Positions 26,721 to 41,060 are shown, counted from the whole stretch's first letter. The stretch: DNA of 63,843 nucleotides, filler included, from Reticulomyxa filosa (GCA_000512085.1; 16 parts of 16 records of this genome joined end to end with filler, not necessarily neighbours in it); one strand, 5' to 3'. A program made the numbers and translations. The notes: generated by a model not told the origin, from the letters alone.

Positions 26721-27072
26721 TATTTTCTTTTTTTTAAAAAAAATTAGAGATGTTTTTTTTTATAAATACGATGTTAGTAAGTTATATTGAGCTACCATTA
26801 TAACATCCACCTATCTCTTTCATTGCACAACTTGGCCTTGTAAAAAGAAAAATGCATTTTTTCTATGACAGCTAGCGCTTATGTCATTTGATTAAATTTT
26901 TTTCAAATGCATTTCGTTGACCAAACAAAGCTAAACTGATATCTGATAAAATTTTATAAGTACAATAAAACTTTTCCTCAAACAAAATAAATTTTATTAT
27001 TTTAAAAAAAGTGTGATGTATGTGATCGTATCCGGGGGTATAATTAAATTTCAAATTTATTGTTATTTCATG

Positions 27073-27214
27073 AAAATATGTCCAATCGCTGCCCAAGTCA
27101 AGGGCTTTTCATTCATATATTTTTTATTTTTTTCATATTTATCGTAATGGATATGATATAGAAAATAGTAGAATATTTATACCCTTTTAATTTTACATGA
27201 ATAACACTTCTTTT
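27073..27214 (+). repeat. Diverged ~140-bp direct repeat, copy 1
   Basis: AAAATATGT.CAAT..TGCCCA.GTCAAGGGC.TTTCATTCATATATTTTTTATTTTTTTCATATT...ATAACACTTCTTTT recurs at 28638-28778. Confidence 0.8.
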
Positions 27215-28637
27215 TTTTAAAAAAAAATTATTTTTTGCAATAACAATGGAAAAATGAAAGCATTTTTGAAATTATTGTTCTAAAAAAATGAAAATAATTT
27301 TTTTGTAATGTGATAACAAAGAAAAATATTTGAAATAACATATTTTGTAGTTTCATTTACATTTAGCGATTTATTATTGAGTGAAAAACTTCGTTTTGTT
27401 ATTATAATATCTTATTTTGGAGATAAGGATACAAGTATAGTGTCATTTGTCAGATTGTGATTTAAAGTTTGTATAATCAATAGATATTGAATAATATATC
27501 GTTTTAAAAGTACTGACAACAAATAAAGCTTTCTCTTTGATTAAATCGGTAGTGATGCAAGAAACGTCTTTAAAGAAAGAAAATTTATTTGTACAGTTAA
27601 ATGAAGTTTACTTAATATTCAGTGTCATACATAAATAAAAAGATAACAAATTTGTTACAGCTATTGCTTACATTCTCTTTTTCTTTTCTTTTTTTTTCAA
27701 TAGTGCTATAGAGGCAGTTGATTTTATAAATTTGTAAAATTATTATTATTATTTTTGTGTTCATTTCATGTTTATTCTCAATCTTTTTTTGGTAATCTTT
27801 TAAGTATTGTTTAGTTATAATAATGGATGGATATTTTAATCCAATCTTTTTTTCAAATATAATTTTATAATTCTTAAATTTTGTAAAAAAAACAATACTT
27901 TCAAATATATTAAGAAAATTATTTATTATTTCAATATAATTTTTAAAACAAGATTAATCTTTTCTTTTGTTTTGTTTATTTTTCTATTCTATTCGATAAT
28001 GTATTATTCTTTAACACAACAAAATGAAAGAAATTTTACTATTTTTGTTCGTTCATTTTTTCAATGACTAATATGAAAAATAATTTTTAACGTAAAATAT
28101 AATAGAATAGAGATAATATTGTGAAATTAGGACCAATTATTGTCCAAGTTAAGGATATATATAAAGATAGCATGACAAATTATAATGTCAAATTTATATC
28201 AAGTATTGCTTACAGATTATCAATAGATATGTGCTAGTTATTGCAAAAATTCAGAACTTCGTTAACTTTTAATGATATATTGTTTGAAAATATAACTTTC
28301 TCTTTGATTTTGGATAAAAATATACATATTTTATTTGGAATCAAGAACAAATATAAGTGAATGTTAATCAACTGTTATTTTGGTAATGATAAGCAAGTTT
28401 CATACGTGTTGAGAAAAAACTGTTTTAAACACAGAGTAGTCGCCTTTATGAATTAGTTTTTTTTTTGTTTAGTTATCTGCCACATTCTTTTTCATTCCAT
28501 TTCTTAACGGTAAGATCTCATACACTACCATTTGTTCAAATTGAGATTTTTTTGAAAATAATTTTTTATAAGAAGTGTAATTAATATAATGGAAACAGGA
28601 CATATAAATACAATTTCAAAATCGGAGTTGCAGTCTC

Positions 28638-28778
28638 AAAATATGTACAATTATTGCCCATGTCAAGGGCATTTCATTCATATATTTTTTATTTTTTTCA
28701 TATTAATCTTAATGGAAAGTCTACAGAAAAAAATTTTACATAGATAACATTTTAATTTTTCATTATAACACTTCTTTT
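28638..28778 (+). repeat. Diverged ~140-bp direct repeat, copy 2
   Basis: Near-identical core to 27073-27214. Confidence 0.8.
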
Positions 28779-29406
28779 AAAATACTTTATGATTTTAAAT
28801 TTTGTTATAACATATTTTGCATGACAGATTATAACAAAATGAGAATCATTTGTAACAGATTGGCAAAGTTATTGCATAACAAACAAACAAGATAGAATCA
28901 GAAACTCAACTAACTTAAATATATTATCACAAGTTTTGACATAGAAAATAATTTAGAATATTAAAAAAAGAAAAAAGTTAATTGTGTGATAGATCGACAA
29001 ATGAATGATTGTAATACAAAGATTTACACGATAATTTTTTGAATGGTTTTGAATTATCGTATTTGTTACACTAACTTTCTTTCCTTATATGTCGGCAAAG
29101 TCTAACAATGGCAGTATTATTTTTTTATGTATTCGTCACTTTCAGTTCACCTTTGTTGTTTCAATTTTTTTTAATGATTCCATTCAATATTAAAGCTTCG
29201 AAATGTTGATAATATCATTCCAATTTTGAGCATACCATACTCAAATGACTATCAATGGTGATAAATTATCGTTTACTATGACTTGAACAAATTATCACAA
29301 ATATTTNNNNNNNNNNNNNNNNNNNNNNNNNNNNNNNNNNNNNNNNNNNNTTAATTAATTAANNNNNNNNNNNNNNNNNNNNNNNNNNNNNNNNNNNNNN
29401 NNNNNN

Positions 29407-31231
29407 TGACTTGAGTATCGCAAAACCTATCCACAAAATTGGAGCCACGACATCAGAAGAATGGTTCCATGAGAGAGTGGCCTACTCGACTGCTATGTGT
29501 GATTGTTTCTTGCAACGTCCGCACTATCTTCTTCTTTGTCTTCTATTTCTTCCGTCTCTTCGAACGATCAAATCACTGCTGCTATTTCGATACCGTAATG
29601 TCAATGTTGTTTTTTTGCGGTATTTTTACGCTTTTTCTTTCTGGATCTTGGTACTGCCCAACTACAAACGAAATCAAGCCTACCAAGAAGAAAGATTGTC
29701 GATTGAACTGGGAAAATTTTTTTCAACTACTCCAATGCCATCATATGATGGATATTTTCAAAATACAAAGTTCTTCCACTCGCATCACTCTTGTGGTGAT
29801 GGACACACCTTGACGTTGGGTAACGGACGTTCTTAGAGATTTTTGCATCCATTCGACAATATTTGGATGAGCAATCCAATGATGGAGGGCACTATTCGTA
29901 TTTTCTTTTTCTTTGTTGGACGTATTTGTTCTTCGATGCCTGGTTCAACGATTTTTGATTATGCCAATGATCACTATGCGATTCACAATTTCGACTCGAA
30001 TTCGAATTAAAAAAATACAAATTGGCGATCTGTATTCCCAAGTGCTGGGATAATGCAACAAATACAAAGTATTGCGTCGCATCCAACACGCAGTTCGTAG
30101 TCCACAGTCGATCCTGGAGGCCATCCCTGCAAGGATCGAACAAGCGCCGATAGTCTTTGCGGAATGAATCAGAAAATGCACACAGTACTCTATCTATCTC
30201 TATCTTCACCGACTATCAATGCTCAATCCATTCGCAAGCTCACCATTCATCCCATCAGCACATGCATAGCTCAAATTTCAAAGTTGCGAACATGCGAACG
30301 CACACGACCAGTTTCGACACTAGTTCTTAATCTCTTCGTCCCAATTGCTGTCGTGCTTTAATAAAATTGGCGCCATTTCCATAACACCGAGTAGATCACA
30401 TTTTGAAGCCCTCTTTGGCGATGTGTCGCCACAATTATCCGTAGAGATTTGTGTTAACCTATGTTGACGAATAAATTCTTTCCAATTGCTCGTGTTACTA
30501 TCGCTTGATATTGCCACACACTTGTTCATTATCTTTGATCGGCGCGCTCTATGGAAAGGCACACATGTTTAGGACCACTTGCAGGTGTGAATAGCCAGTA
30601 CAAACTAATTTCAGCAAATCTGGCAGACGAGTTTGTTTGCTTGTTTTTTAAAACATATCCAGCGCGATATTGTTTCGAGATTCTCTTTCTTCTATTCCCA
30701 TCACTCATACTCCTATTCTTGATTAACGATGGTTTGACGGAGTTTCGCAAAACTCCACCAAATTGAACCATCATTGAATATTCTCCCAATGCAGCGTTTC
30801 CTGACAACTTCAACGCTTTTCTTCATCGCTTTCCACTTCTTCTATGCCACCATTGAACGCCACAATGTCTGTGTTGTTTCCACTTTGCGCAATATCACCA
30901 CCACGTCTTTCTTTTTTTTTTCTTGACGAGCCTGCTTTTGCGGCACCAGATCCCAATTATCCTGAGTTGATCTGGGAAAATCTTGCCAACTGTTCCACGA
31001 GATCAGATGGACTTCGTACTTGAAAAATATCGTCTCCATTGTGATCATATATACACACTTTGCGCGAGCATTTCCAGTGCGACCAAAGTTTCGATTGCGA
31101 TCCGATGGTAGATTGATGACCACTCTTATTTATTTACTTTTCTTTCTTGTGCGTATTCGTTGCTCCTATCGGCATATGCACAATTCATAATTCAAAGTTG
31201 CGGATTTGCGCACGCACACGACCACTTTCGA
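29407..31231 (-). mobile_element. Heavily decayed non-LTR retrotransposon (reverse-transcriptase relic)
   Basis: Higher GC, intron-less, fragmented ORFs. VLCAFSDSFRKDYRRLFDPCRDGL resembles RT motif vAFiDF.KAFD.V.R.GL, and PASGPK resembles APGPDG. A 41-nt segment is duplicated at ~30277-30318 and ~31191-31231. Confidence 0.5.
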
Positions 31232-32425
31232 TTATTTTTCTGCGTTGATAAAATTATTGCTTTTCTATAACAATCGAGTTCGCTTGTTTGTTGGCGTCGG
31301 CAGATCGCAGTTCGACATTGTCTTTGATGCTATATCAAGCCAACAATTTTGCAGGGACTTGTGCCTACGCTGATGGCGAACAAGTTTTTCAAATATTTCT
31401 GGCTGCCACTCGTTCTGCATCTTTCATTGGGGCGCTCTATGTGAAATTAGCCCACGCCCGCGAGTGGCGACTTTGCGAGTTCCATCTTCTTGCGTCATCG
31501 TGCTTGATACGATTTTCGCACAAATCTTCCACCGGTTGCCTTTTCACGTGGAACGATTCTACCGATGTAGTCGTTTGCTTGATTTCCACGTTCACGTTTT
31601 TTTTTTCTATCTTTTTTCTTTTTCTTTTTAACATTTTTTTTCTTTTTCACATTGTTCTCTTTTTTTAATTTTATTTTTCTTTTTCATTTTTCAACATTTT
31701 GATTTCTTTTTTATTTTTCTTTTTTCTTTTTTTATTTTTTTTCAATTTTTCTTAAATAAATTTATTTCTACTTTCTTTTCCCATCTTTTACAATTTCTTT
31801 TCCCACCTTTTATAATTTCTTTTCACCCCTTTTGCAATTTCTTTTTCCCCCTTTTGCAATTTCTTTTCCACATTTTCCAATTTATTTGAACCCTTTTCCC
31901 ATTTATTTTCAATCATTTTCCCAATAATTTTACATTTATTTTTTCCACCCTCTTTTTTTCACCCTCTTTTTTTCCATTCAATTTTTTCCAATTTTTTCCA
32001 TCACTTTTTCCCTTATATTTTCTTTTCCACTCTAATTTTCAATCTAATCTTAAAAAAAAAATATTTACAAATTGAATAATTTTTTGATTTAAAAAAACAA
32101 ACAAATACATTTGCAATTGAGCTAAAAGCTCTATTTCCAATCTAACTATATTTTTTTTCTTTTGCGACGGGGAGGGGGCAAAAAAATTATTTTGCTGATG
32201 GGGGCGTGCCTATTGACAAATACAAACGTTCGATAAAAAAAAATAAAAATAAAAAAAATAAAAGATACAAACTCTTTCATCTTTTTTGGTACGCGGGGTG
32301 GCTTCAACCCCGAAATTTTTCTTTGNNNNNNNNNNNNNNNNNNNNNNNNNNNNNNNNNNNNNNNNNNNNTTAATTAATTAANNNNNNNNNNNNNNNNNNN
32401 NNNNNNNNNNNNNNNNNNNNNNNNN

Positions 32426-34545
32426 CAACCGTTTTTTTTCAACGATGATATTTCTCAGCTGCTTGCTCTTTTCCTTCAATGTTTCAATATCTGTTTCCAA
32501 TCCGACTGTTGTTGTTATTATTGTTATGTTTGTGTGCATTCCAAGTCCGCTGTTCGATACAATTGCTTTTTGTCTTGAGCCCGCTCTCTCTCAAATGAAC
32601 AAAACAAAACTTTTTTCGAAAACCACTGCGCTCACTCGTTGTTTCACTATTTTTCGTCGCATTGTGTACAAAGGATAGAGGGAACTGCGGTTTGTTACAC
32701 GTAATAAATAAGAGGATATATATATATATATGTATATGTATGTATATACATATATTATAACAAAGTTGTTAACTTTCTGTATTTTCACGTTCCATCACTT
32801 CAAAGTTTTTTTCCAAGTTTGTTTTCTTTATTGTGCAAGCTGCCAGTTCTGTTGACCAAAGTCCAACACAATAACAATAACAATAACAATGACAACCCCC
32901 CTTCAAAAAAAAAAAAAAAAAAACTGAATGCCAACATGTTAAAGTGCAAACACATATTGAGTCAGCTGCATTCACAAAAAAAAAAAAAACAACAAAACAA
33001 AACATACCAACTTCGTTGATACGAAGTGTCTTTTGTAATTGTTCGATTTCTTGAAGTGCGTCGTCGAACTTTAGTCGCCACCCTGTAACGACGACGTAAA
33101 AATTCGAACCATAAAATTATTTTTCAAATATCAAACAAACAAACAAAAAAAAAAAAAAAAAAATAATAATAATAAAAAAATAGCCATACAAAACAAACAA
33201 ATGCACGTGTACTATGTTGTGCTATTTGTAGTTTTGGAGGCATTTTTAGTGTTAACAACAACCCAGTATTTTGGATTTAACTGTCTATTTCCGATTCCTC
33301 CGGTTTATCAAAATCTTGCGTGTTCGTTGTTGTTTCCTCTTTCGTTTCTTCCTTTCTCTCTGTTTCCAAAAACGCATTCTTTATATCGATGGCAATTGTA
33401 GAAAAGGAACGAGAGAGAAAGAGAGGGGGGGGGGAGGAGAAGGAGAAGGAGGAAAGAAAAAAAAAAAAAGAAGGGGAAAAAAGAAACAAAGACCTGGACT
33501 TGGACTAAATTCGTCTCGGACTTTGTCAGGAAACAAATTTGATTAGTCAGCATTTTTTTTTTTTTTTTATTCAAAAAAGAATGTTGTTATTACTGGATAT
33601 ATTACTACACAAACGCATGAGCCTTAAAAATACACACACACGCACACAAATAGCCAACATTGTTTCAAAAGGTTGACTCGAGGTATATCAGGACTGGGTG
33701 CACGTTCTATCATTTCGTACATAATACACAATACATATATATATATATATATTATATAAATAAATAATGTATACATGCATATCGACAGCAATTTTGTATG
33801 CACTTGTTTTCTTTTGCAAAAAAAAAAAAAAAAAAGCAAACCTGGACGGAAATAATCTTCCATGTGTGCTATGATTGAAAGAGGTAGCGCAAATGATAGA
33901 TATTCAAATAAACGATATTTTGTTTCAGCAAAGCAAGCAAATAAAAACAAACAAACAAACAAAAGTAAAAGTTGGCTTGCACAGTGCACAAAAGTGCGAT
34001 TGAACCCTTTCCAAAAGTGGTTGTTCTTTTGTTTCATCGTTGATGAGTTTTTTAGATCAACTTGTGTTTGTCATACATATAAACCATATACATATATAAA
34101 GAGAGAGAGAATTTACAACTTGACTGTATCATTGCGTATTGAGATGGTCGTGCATCATTATTGACTTTTTTTTTTTTTTTTGAGAGTGTTTTGTTTTCAT
34201 CCGACTCATTCGATTCAATGCACAAACAAATGGCAATAAATGTTTTTTCCATCCAAGATGTTTAAAAAATTTGGATTTGATCGATCCAAGCTTGTTCTAC
34301 AACAACTGTAAGACAGATAGAGAGAGAGAGAGAAGAGACAGATAAAATCACGTACATTGGAAACTTTCTGTTGGTGGAGATTGTCCTGTTTTGTTGTTTA
34401 ATGTGCGTACATATCGTTGTTTTTTTGTGCTCATTTGTCCAAAAAAAAAATAAATAAAATATTTTTGCGATGCAATCTTACCACGTTCACTGATTTCTGC
34501 GTCGAAAACTGTTCCAATCAAAACACGGTTCAATCAAACAATGCC
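32426..34545 (-). CDS. Multi-exon, probably coiled-coil protein, 3' truncated, unknown function
   Basis: Charged exon-like segments (e.g. 33277-33400 TIAIDIKNAFLETERKEETKEE; 32426-32680) separated by TA/A-run-rich introns. Model not resolved. Confidence 0.35.
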
Positions 34546-34999
34546 ACTTTACAACTTGTGAACACTTAAAAAAAAACCTCACTGTTTGAGTAACATACAC
34601 ACCTGGGCTGGAATCTGTATTACATTGTGCTCGTTCCATTTCTGATATTTTATTGGAGTGAAAGATATATTATCAATTACAAGATTGAGACAAACAACTA
34701 TTGAAAATTTTTGTTCAACTCTGCCAAGTTTGATTTTTTTTTTTTGAACAAAACAAGTTCTTCGACAAACAAGAAACCAACAAATTATACATTCCCTTGC
34801 AAAAAAAAAAAGTGTTGCGTTTGACGTAAGCGTTTGCGGGGAAAAAAAATGTGTAGTGTAGTAACAATTTGAACGTTTCGTTGATAAGTAATGTTCCAAG
34901 CTTTGTGTAGCAATTGTGTTCAGTTGGAAATAATAAAAATTATTGCGCTTTTTTAAAGAAAGAATAATACTATCTAACAAAAAAAAAACTTTAATCAAA

Positions 35000-36420
35000 T
35001 CATTCTAACATAACATACGAATATTGTCAAGTATGCTTATATTATCTGGTGCAAGCGGCAATGTCGGTAGGATCTGCACAGCCAAGCAAAGCTTAACATG
35101 ACCAGTCAACAACACTAAACTGCATGAACTTGCATGTCAACTGTACAATCGCGAGTTTCAAAAAACATCTGAAGGATACAATATCAGCATAGCTTACAGT
35201 GACATCGATTGTTCGTGTCTTGCGATAAATACATTACGAAATTGATTGGTAATGATACGACTTAACACTGTCACATAAATGAATATATTGACACTACGGC
35301 ATATCACGACTTATGCGAACGATTTGCAGGAAGAACAAATAGTATATCGATAGCAAGTAATACTTGCACTAGTCCAAAGATATCAACATATTCCAACAAA
35401 CTGTAATGTATGCAAAACAGACAATCCAAAGTTCTTATTACAAGAAATATGTAAGACTACATACAACAAACAACGTTTTCGGTCAAACAATAGTATTGAT
35501 CGCTTAGTAAAACAATAATTGAATGTATTTGATAATTGCTATTAAGTGTAACTTCAATATATGAACGATATATTTGAAAGAGGTAGTCGAAGTATTTGGA
35601 AATGTACAACATAAAAACTATGTCAGTATAATATATAGTGACAATACTTCATACTTAAGTACTTAACCAAAATTACAAAAGATATTAACATTATAATACA
35701 AAATGATCATTTAATTACAAGTGATACAAATATATAACAACATCGACAAAGAAAACAACAGCAAATACCACAGCGAACGTAGTGATAATATTTAAAAAGT
35801 TACACTTATAAAAAAGCAATTCATATATATTCACAATGATCTGGACATACTTTTGATAGAGATTTCAGATCTAGCTAGTGTACCTCAAAAGAAAGACTAA
35901 TATTCTACAAGTACAGCATATAGTTTACATATTCATACAACTGCTAAGTAACAGTCCGCACAATAAAGTAGTATAATTGATATAGTGATTATATACTCAC
36001 ATATGATCTTTATGATCTAAAGGAAATCACATATTTATATTTACAAAAATTTTATCAAATCGTTTGCAACTGTTGCAGAAGTACATCAGCTAAATATCAT
36101 TATATTCAACACATGTACAAAAAGCGTTTTAAATAAACAAATATAATTTTATGTAACAAATGCATTTATCGGCAATTTCCTGAGAATAACAAACAAGATT
36201 CATACATTACATATGTACATACAACAACAGCATACAGTATATCGAATTGACAATATTTACCAAGTTATCATGTGGAAGCAATCAAGAAAGTGGATATCGA
36301 ACAACAAACGAATAACAAGTATTGTACGTAACAAGTTGCAAATGTGGAAACAATTCGTTATAATTGATACTACATTATGATAAAAAAGAAAGTTGACACA
36401 TAAAATGCCATCTTATAGAA
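35000..36420. pseudogene. ORF-free, A-rich decayed coding-like block; family unassigned
   Basis: No ORF of 60 aa or more over 1.4 kb; coding-like texture; G-poor plus strand. Confidence 0.3.
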
Positions 36421-37691
36421 ATTATTGTGCTTCTAAATGAAAAATAACATTTAATCAAAAATTTAAAAAAAAATATCTACAAATCGTGTAGTTTTTAAAT
36501 ATCANNNNNNNNNNNNNNNNNNNNNNNNNNNNNNNNNNNNNNNNNNNNTTAATTAATTAANNNNNNNNNNNNNNNNNNNNNNNNNNNNNNNNNNNNNNNN
36601 NNNNTCCCAAGCCCTCTTCTTTAGATACCGTACAAGAAGAAGACCAATGGGTATTTCTTTTTGTTTAAAATCAAAAATAAATTATGTTTGCACTAAAAAA
36701 AAACAAAGACAAGAACAGACATAATTGTTTTTTAATGCATGTATTAAATGCAATAAATGAAAGTGATTTTGGTCTTGTGGTCGTGGCCTGTGGACACTGA
36801 ACAAAAAGCTGACTATCGAACAACATATAATAATAATTTGGCGATCTGACGCTTTGCAGCGCATTAATACTATCATAATGACTTACGTTGGACGATTGCA
36901 TGTTTTCAATAAGTTTCTTTTTCATTATATTTGTTTTTGTGCCGAAATAAAGGTAAGATTTTAACAATATTTCCATTGTATCCAAGCAAAGAATGAAGTG
37001 TTCGCTTCTTGCCAACAAAAGTCGTAACTAACTACGACAATTCCAAATAAAAAAATTTTAAAAAATCGAACCACGTTCCCCCTTTGTCAAATAAAACTGG
37101 TTTATTTTTTGGAAACAGGTTCAAAAAATAAAAAATGACCCACAATTTTTAAAAAATAAACTACAATCAAATCTGATTATTAATATTCTCGTTTGTCATT
37201 TTTTTGCAGCAAAATAGTTGATATAATGATTGAATTTGATCATTTGTATTATTGAGATTTTTTTTTACTGTATCATTTCAAATAATCACTTACATTAACT
37301 AGCAAAAAATCGAAAAAAAATAAAGAATAGAAATAAGCTTTTTTACTCTACTCCCTTTAAAATTATCTTTAACCTTTGCAAATATTGCTGCAGTAGGTAG
37401 TAAGTTAAAGATCCTATAAGTATACATTTTCGTATAAAATAACGATTAGTTCCCAATGTTTTGAAACAAGCAATCGTTTCCAAATAAAAATCAAAACAAA
37501 ATTAATCCAAAGTTTACTTTTCATTTCTAAAAAATCACACGAATATTTAATCATATAATACAAAAGGCATAACTGTGTTATGTAAAGTCAATTATTTTAT
37601 TGACATAGAAAACTTGACGCATAATTGGATCTGCCTATTGAAAAACACTACATTTGAAATTATATTGATAAAAAAAAATACACATATTTCC

Positions 37692-38025
37692 ACATGTATC
37701 CAAAGAAGAAATCGTTGATGACACATTTTTTGATAATGGCAAGCTCTGTTTACGATGGCCTGAAGTGGCCAGTTCTAAAGGCTCTGCCAAACATGTTCAA
37801 GAAAGAATCACTTAAAAGTCATTTTCATCTCTTTTCATTGCAAACAATATGAAAATGATAATACTACTCACCACTTCTATCTTTTTTTTATGTTTTTGGT
37901 TTGCTTTTTGTGACATCTACACAGAAGCCCATATCGACTTGATTGCTGTATGAACTAGTTACTCAGTGCTTGCAAATCAAAGAATTGCTGCAAGAGAAGC
38001 ATTAAAACATCCATTTTTCAAGGAA
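37692..38025 (+). pseudogene. LAMMER/CLK protein-kinase C-terminal fragment, disrupted
   Basis: FFDNGKLCLRWPEVASSKGSAKHVQE then ..QRIAAREALKHPFF (cf. CLK/AFC RLDWPE.A.S.ES...V and ERLTAREALRHPFF). In-frame stop at 37813-37815; no upstream kinase exons seen. Confidence 0.6.
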
Positions 38026-38748
38026 AAGTCGTTCTGTTATTGTTTCGTGAAATTTAAAGTAGTTTTTTTCTGGAGTTCTCGCTAAGTTTTCCAATTCAAT
38101 AAACAACTGTGTCATCCCCTTATCCCCTTGTCTCAACTGATGAATCCATTGGAACTGGGATATAACGATATGATTTATAATTACATTTAAAATGAAAGTG
38201 CTTTCAATAAAATGTATCAAAGTAAATCAACAGCAAATGCCTCAGAACAATCATCTATGGTGGATAATGATTGAGTGGTTAGATGCATATCACAAATATT
38301 GGATATTAAAATTAATTTTATTTCCTTTCTGTTTTATCGTTGCTGTAAATAGACAGTCATTTGTTGGCTTCTGTCATTGGAATGATTATACACTTGTTAA
38401 ATATTTCCACAAAAATGACTTGATCTGTATTTATCAAATACCACAATGTCGTCTGAAAACATATTAATAAATATAAATTTTCAGGAGCGTGTATATATTT
38501 GAGTTGAAAAAAGTTGGATGGATTTCCGTAATATTACCATTTTTGGGAATAATTCTCAAGATAATGATATCGATACAAAGAATGANNNNNNNNNNNNNNN
38601 NNNNNNNNNNNNNNNNNNNNNNNNNNNNNTTAATTAATTAANNNNNNNNNNNNNNNNNNNNNNNNNNNNNNNNNNNNNNNNNNNNATATATATATATATA
38701 TATATATTATATGTATAAACAATACCTTGTTTGCTATGATTCGATTAG

Positions 38749-39749
38749 AAAAGCCAAACCACAATCACCGAATGGCACAAAATCGGAGGCTTGCAAATGG
38801 TTAAAAACGAGCTGCTGGACATATTAGAGTTGCCTAGCAAGTACTCGCATTTGTTCGATCGCTTGCCTTTGAAGCTGCGTAGTGGCATATTGCTGCATGG
38901 ACCTCCCGGCTGCGGCAAAACGATGATCGCCAACAGCGTCGCGTACAAGTGCGGGATGAATCTGATCAGCGTCAAAGGACCGGAGCTGCTCAACAAATAC
39001 ATCGGAGCCAGTGAAGCTGCCGTTCGAGACGTGTTCATGCGTGCCGCCAACAATGCCCCGTGCATTATCTTCTTTGATGAGTTCGATTCGCTGGCCCCGA
39101 AACGTGGCAGCGAGTCCACCCAAGTCACCGACCGCGTCGTCAATCAACTCTTAACTTTTTTGGACGGAGTCGAAAGTCGTACCAACGTGTATGTCATTGC
39201 CGCTACTTCAAGGCCTGATTTGATCGATGTGGCACTGCTTAGGCCAGGTAATTTCAAAAAAGAGAGAGAGAGAGAGAGAAAAAGGGGGTTTGTTATGATA
39301 CAATTTTTTAATTTGAACTTTACAAAAAAAAAAAGGTCGATTGGATAAGTCATTGTACTGTGGCTATCCGAGTGAAGAGGAAAGATTGGAAATTTTAAGA
39401 ATTTTCGCGCCCGCACAGCTGTCCAAAACGGTCAATCTGTCCAGCATTGCCAAGCGCACTCAACACTTCAGTGGCGCCGATCTAAATATGCTGTTCACTG
39501 TGGCTCAAACCAATGCCTTCCATCGCTGGAAAAAAAAGTACAAAAAGCGAAAAAGAAAAAGAAAACAAAGAGGATATCTCCAGTGGAGGGGATGTGGCGT
39601 TCGCCATTGAAACTGAAGATGTCGAAGAGGCTCTGCAAGAAGTCAGCAAGTCTGTTATTTCTGCCACACTTCAAAGGTCTCGCTATGGAAATATGCACAA
39701 CTTTGATCAGTTTGCCCCTGTTGTTGGGACAAGAACTGCTCAAGTGTAG
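38749..39749 (+). CDS. PEX1: Peroxisomal AAA ATPase PEX1, D2 domain and C-terminus (5' truncated)
   Basis: [93 protein letters not shown]. Frame change in the A-run near 39530-39545. Confidence 0.88.
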
Positions 39750-40176
39750 CAGCTGTCGTTATCATTGTCGTTGTCGTTATTATTTTTCCTTTTTTCTCTC
39801 CCTTCGAGAGCTGTGTCTTACCTCTTCTTTTCAAAATCACTCTTTTATTTTTTTTTTTTTTTTGGAAAATGGCAGGTGGCAGAGAAAAAAAAAAAAGCAA
39901 AGAAGATCCCATGTTTCAAGTGGATTTTACAAACATAAAAATAAAGTAATTTTAATGCGGGGAAAAAAAAAAAGTCCTCTGTGCACTTATGCTGATATAA
40001 TGAGGGCATTTCAATTAAGATGTTGTTTTATTTTATTTTCAACTCAAAAAGCAGTGATTGGAACCAGCTTATAAAAATGTCGAGTCGTCAAGTTTTTAGT
40101 TAAGTACTTTTGTTGTCGGCTAAAAGGGAAACTTTCAAGTAAAAACTTAAAACGCTATCGCGCCATCATCGAACGC

Positions 40177-40430
40177 ATGTCTCAAACTGAAGATGTTACA
40201 CAAGTACCTATTAATTCACAGCAACACTTGTCAGATTCTCTAGAGTCAAATGAAGATTCCAATCAATTTCAGGAAAGGAACCCGGTCAAATTCCAGCCGA
40301 CCCGTGCGAGAGATAAAAGTATGCAATCGAACTTTCAATCATTGACAGGAGCCCAAAATTCATCGGGTTTAAACAACGACTCTCTGATGAAGTCGATGAC
40401 CAACGAGCGAAACCAGCAACCTTATAATGG
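40177..40430 (+). CDS. First exon of an unknown protein, 3' truncated
   Basis: ATG-initiated Q/N/S-rich ORF ending at a GT donor before the contig end. Confidence 0.4.
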
Positions 40431-40518
40431 TCAGTGTGGTATCTCATTGCTTCACTGAATGGAGGGGAGGGAAGGAGGCAAGAAACAGGAAAGAGCGAAC
40501 CCTCAAAAAGAGGGAGAG

Positions 40519-40554
<36 letters not shown>

Positions 40555-40676
40555 NNNNNNNNNNNNNNNNNNNNNNNNNNNNNNNNNNNNNNNNNNNNTT
40601 AATTAATTAANNNNNNNNNNNNNNNNNNNNNNNNNNNNNNNNNNNNNNNNNNNNTTTTTTTTTTTTTTTTTTTAAG

Positions 40677-41060
40677 AAATTACCACGGTCCAGTCGCAAA
40701 GATTGGGATGAAATTAACGAGTTTTTTGACTGGCGCATGACGAAACTAAAGCGCTTGCAAGAGCAGAGCTTCTCTCCCGCAGTGCCTCACATTGGGTTGT
40801 ATTTGCATGTGCTGTTCAACATCGATGAAGGAAAAGAGGACACGAGCACGGAAACGGGAGGTGTCAACTATGTGAAGATGATGATGCTCAATCATCAAAT
40901 CGAAAGACTCATGCAATTTCAACACGGTAAATACGAAATCACCGAAATGCCACAAATACAAAAACTTTTGTATGATGACTTTGCTACACAATACAAAATG
41001 TCTGAAAGCCAAATCAATCAATTGGCGGACATTGTCAGAAATACTGAAAGAAAAAAATGA
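40677..41060 (+). CDS. RasGEF (CDC25-like) catalytic domain C-terminus, last exon
   Basis: PAVPHIGLYLHVLFNIDEGKED...VNYVKMM....IERLMQFQHGKYEI..IQKLL matches CDC25 PC.P..G.YL.DL..I.EG.....INF.K......I...Q...Y. Confidence 0.75.
   Translation, partial: KLPRSSRKDWDEINEFFDWRMTKLKRLQEQSFSPAVPHIGLYLHVLFNIDEGKEDTSTETGGVNYVKMMMLNHQIERLMQFQHGKYEITEMPQIQKLLYDDFATQYKMSESQINQLADIVRNTERKK

Noticed and set aside
39525-39550. Programmed frameshift in PEX1
   Set aside because: The frame change sits in an A homopolymer; a sequencing error or unrecognised splice is simpler.
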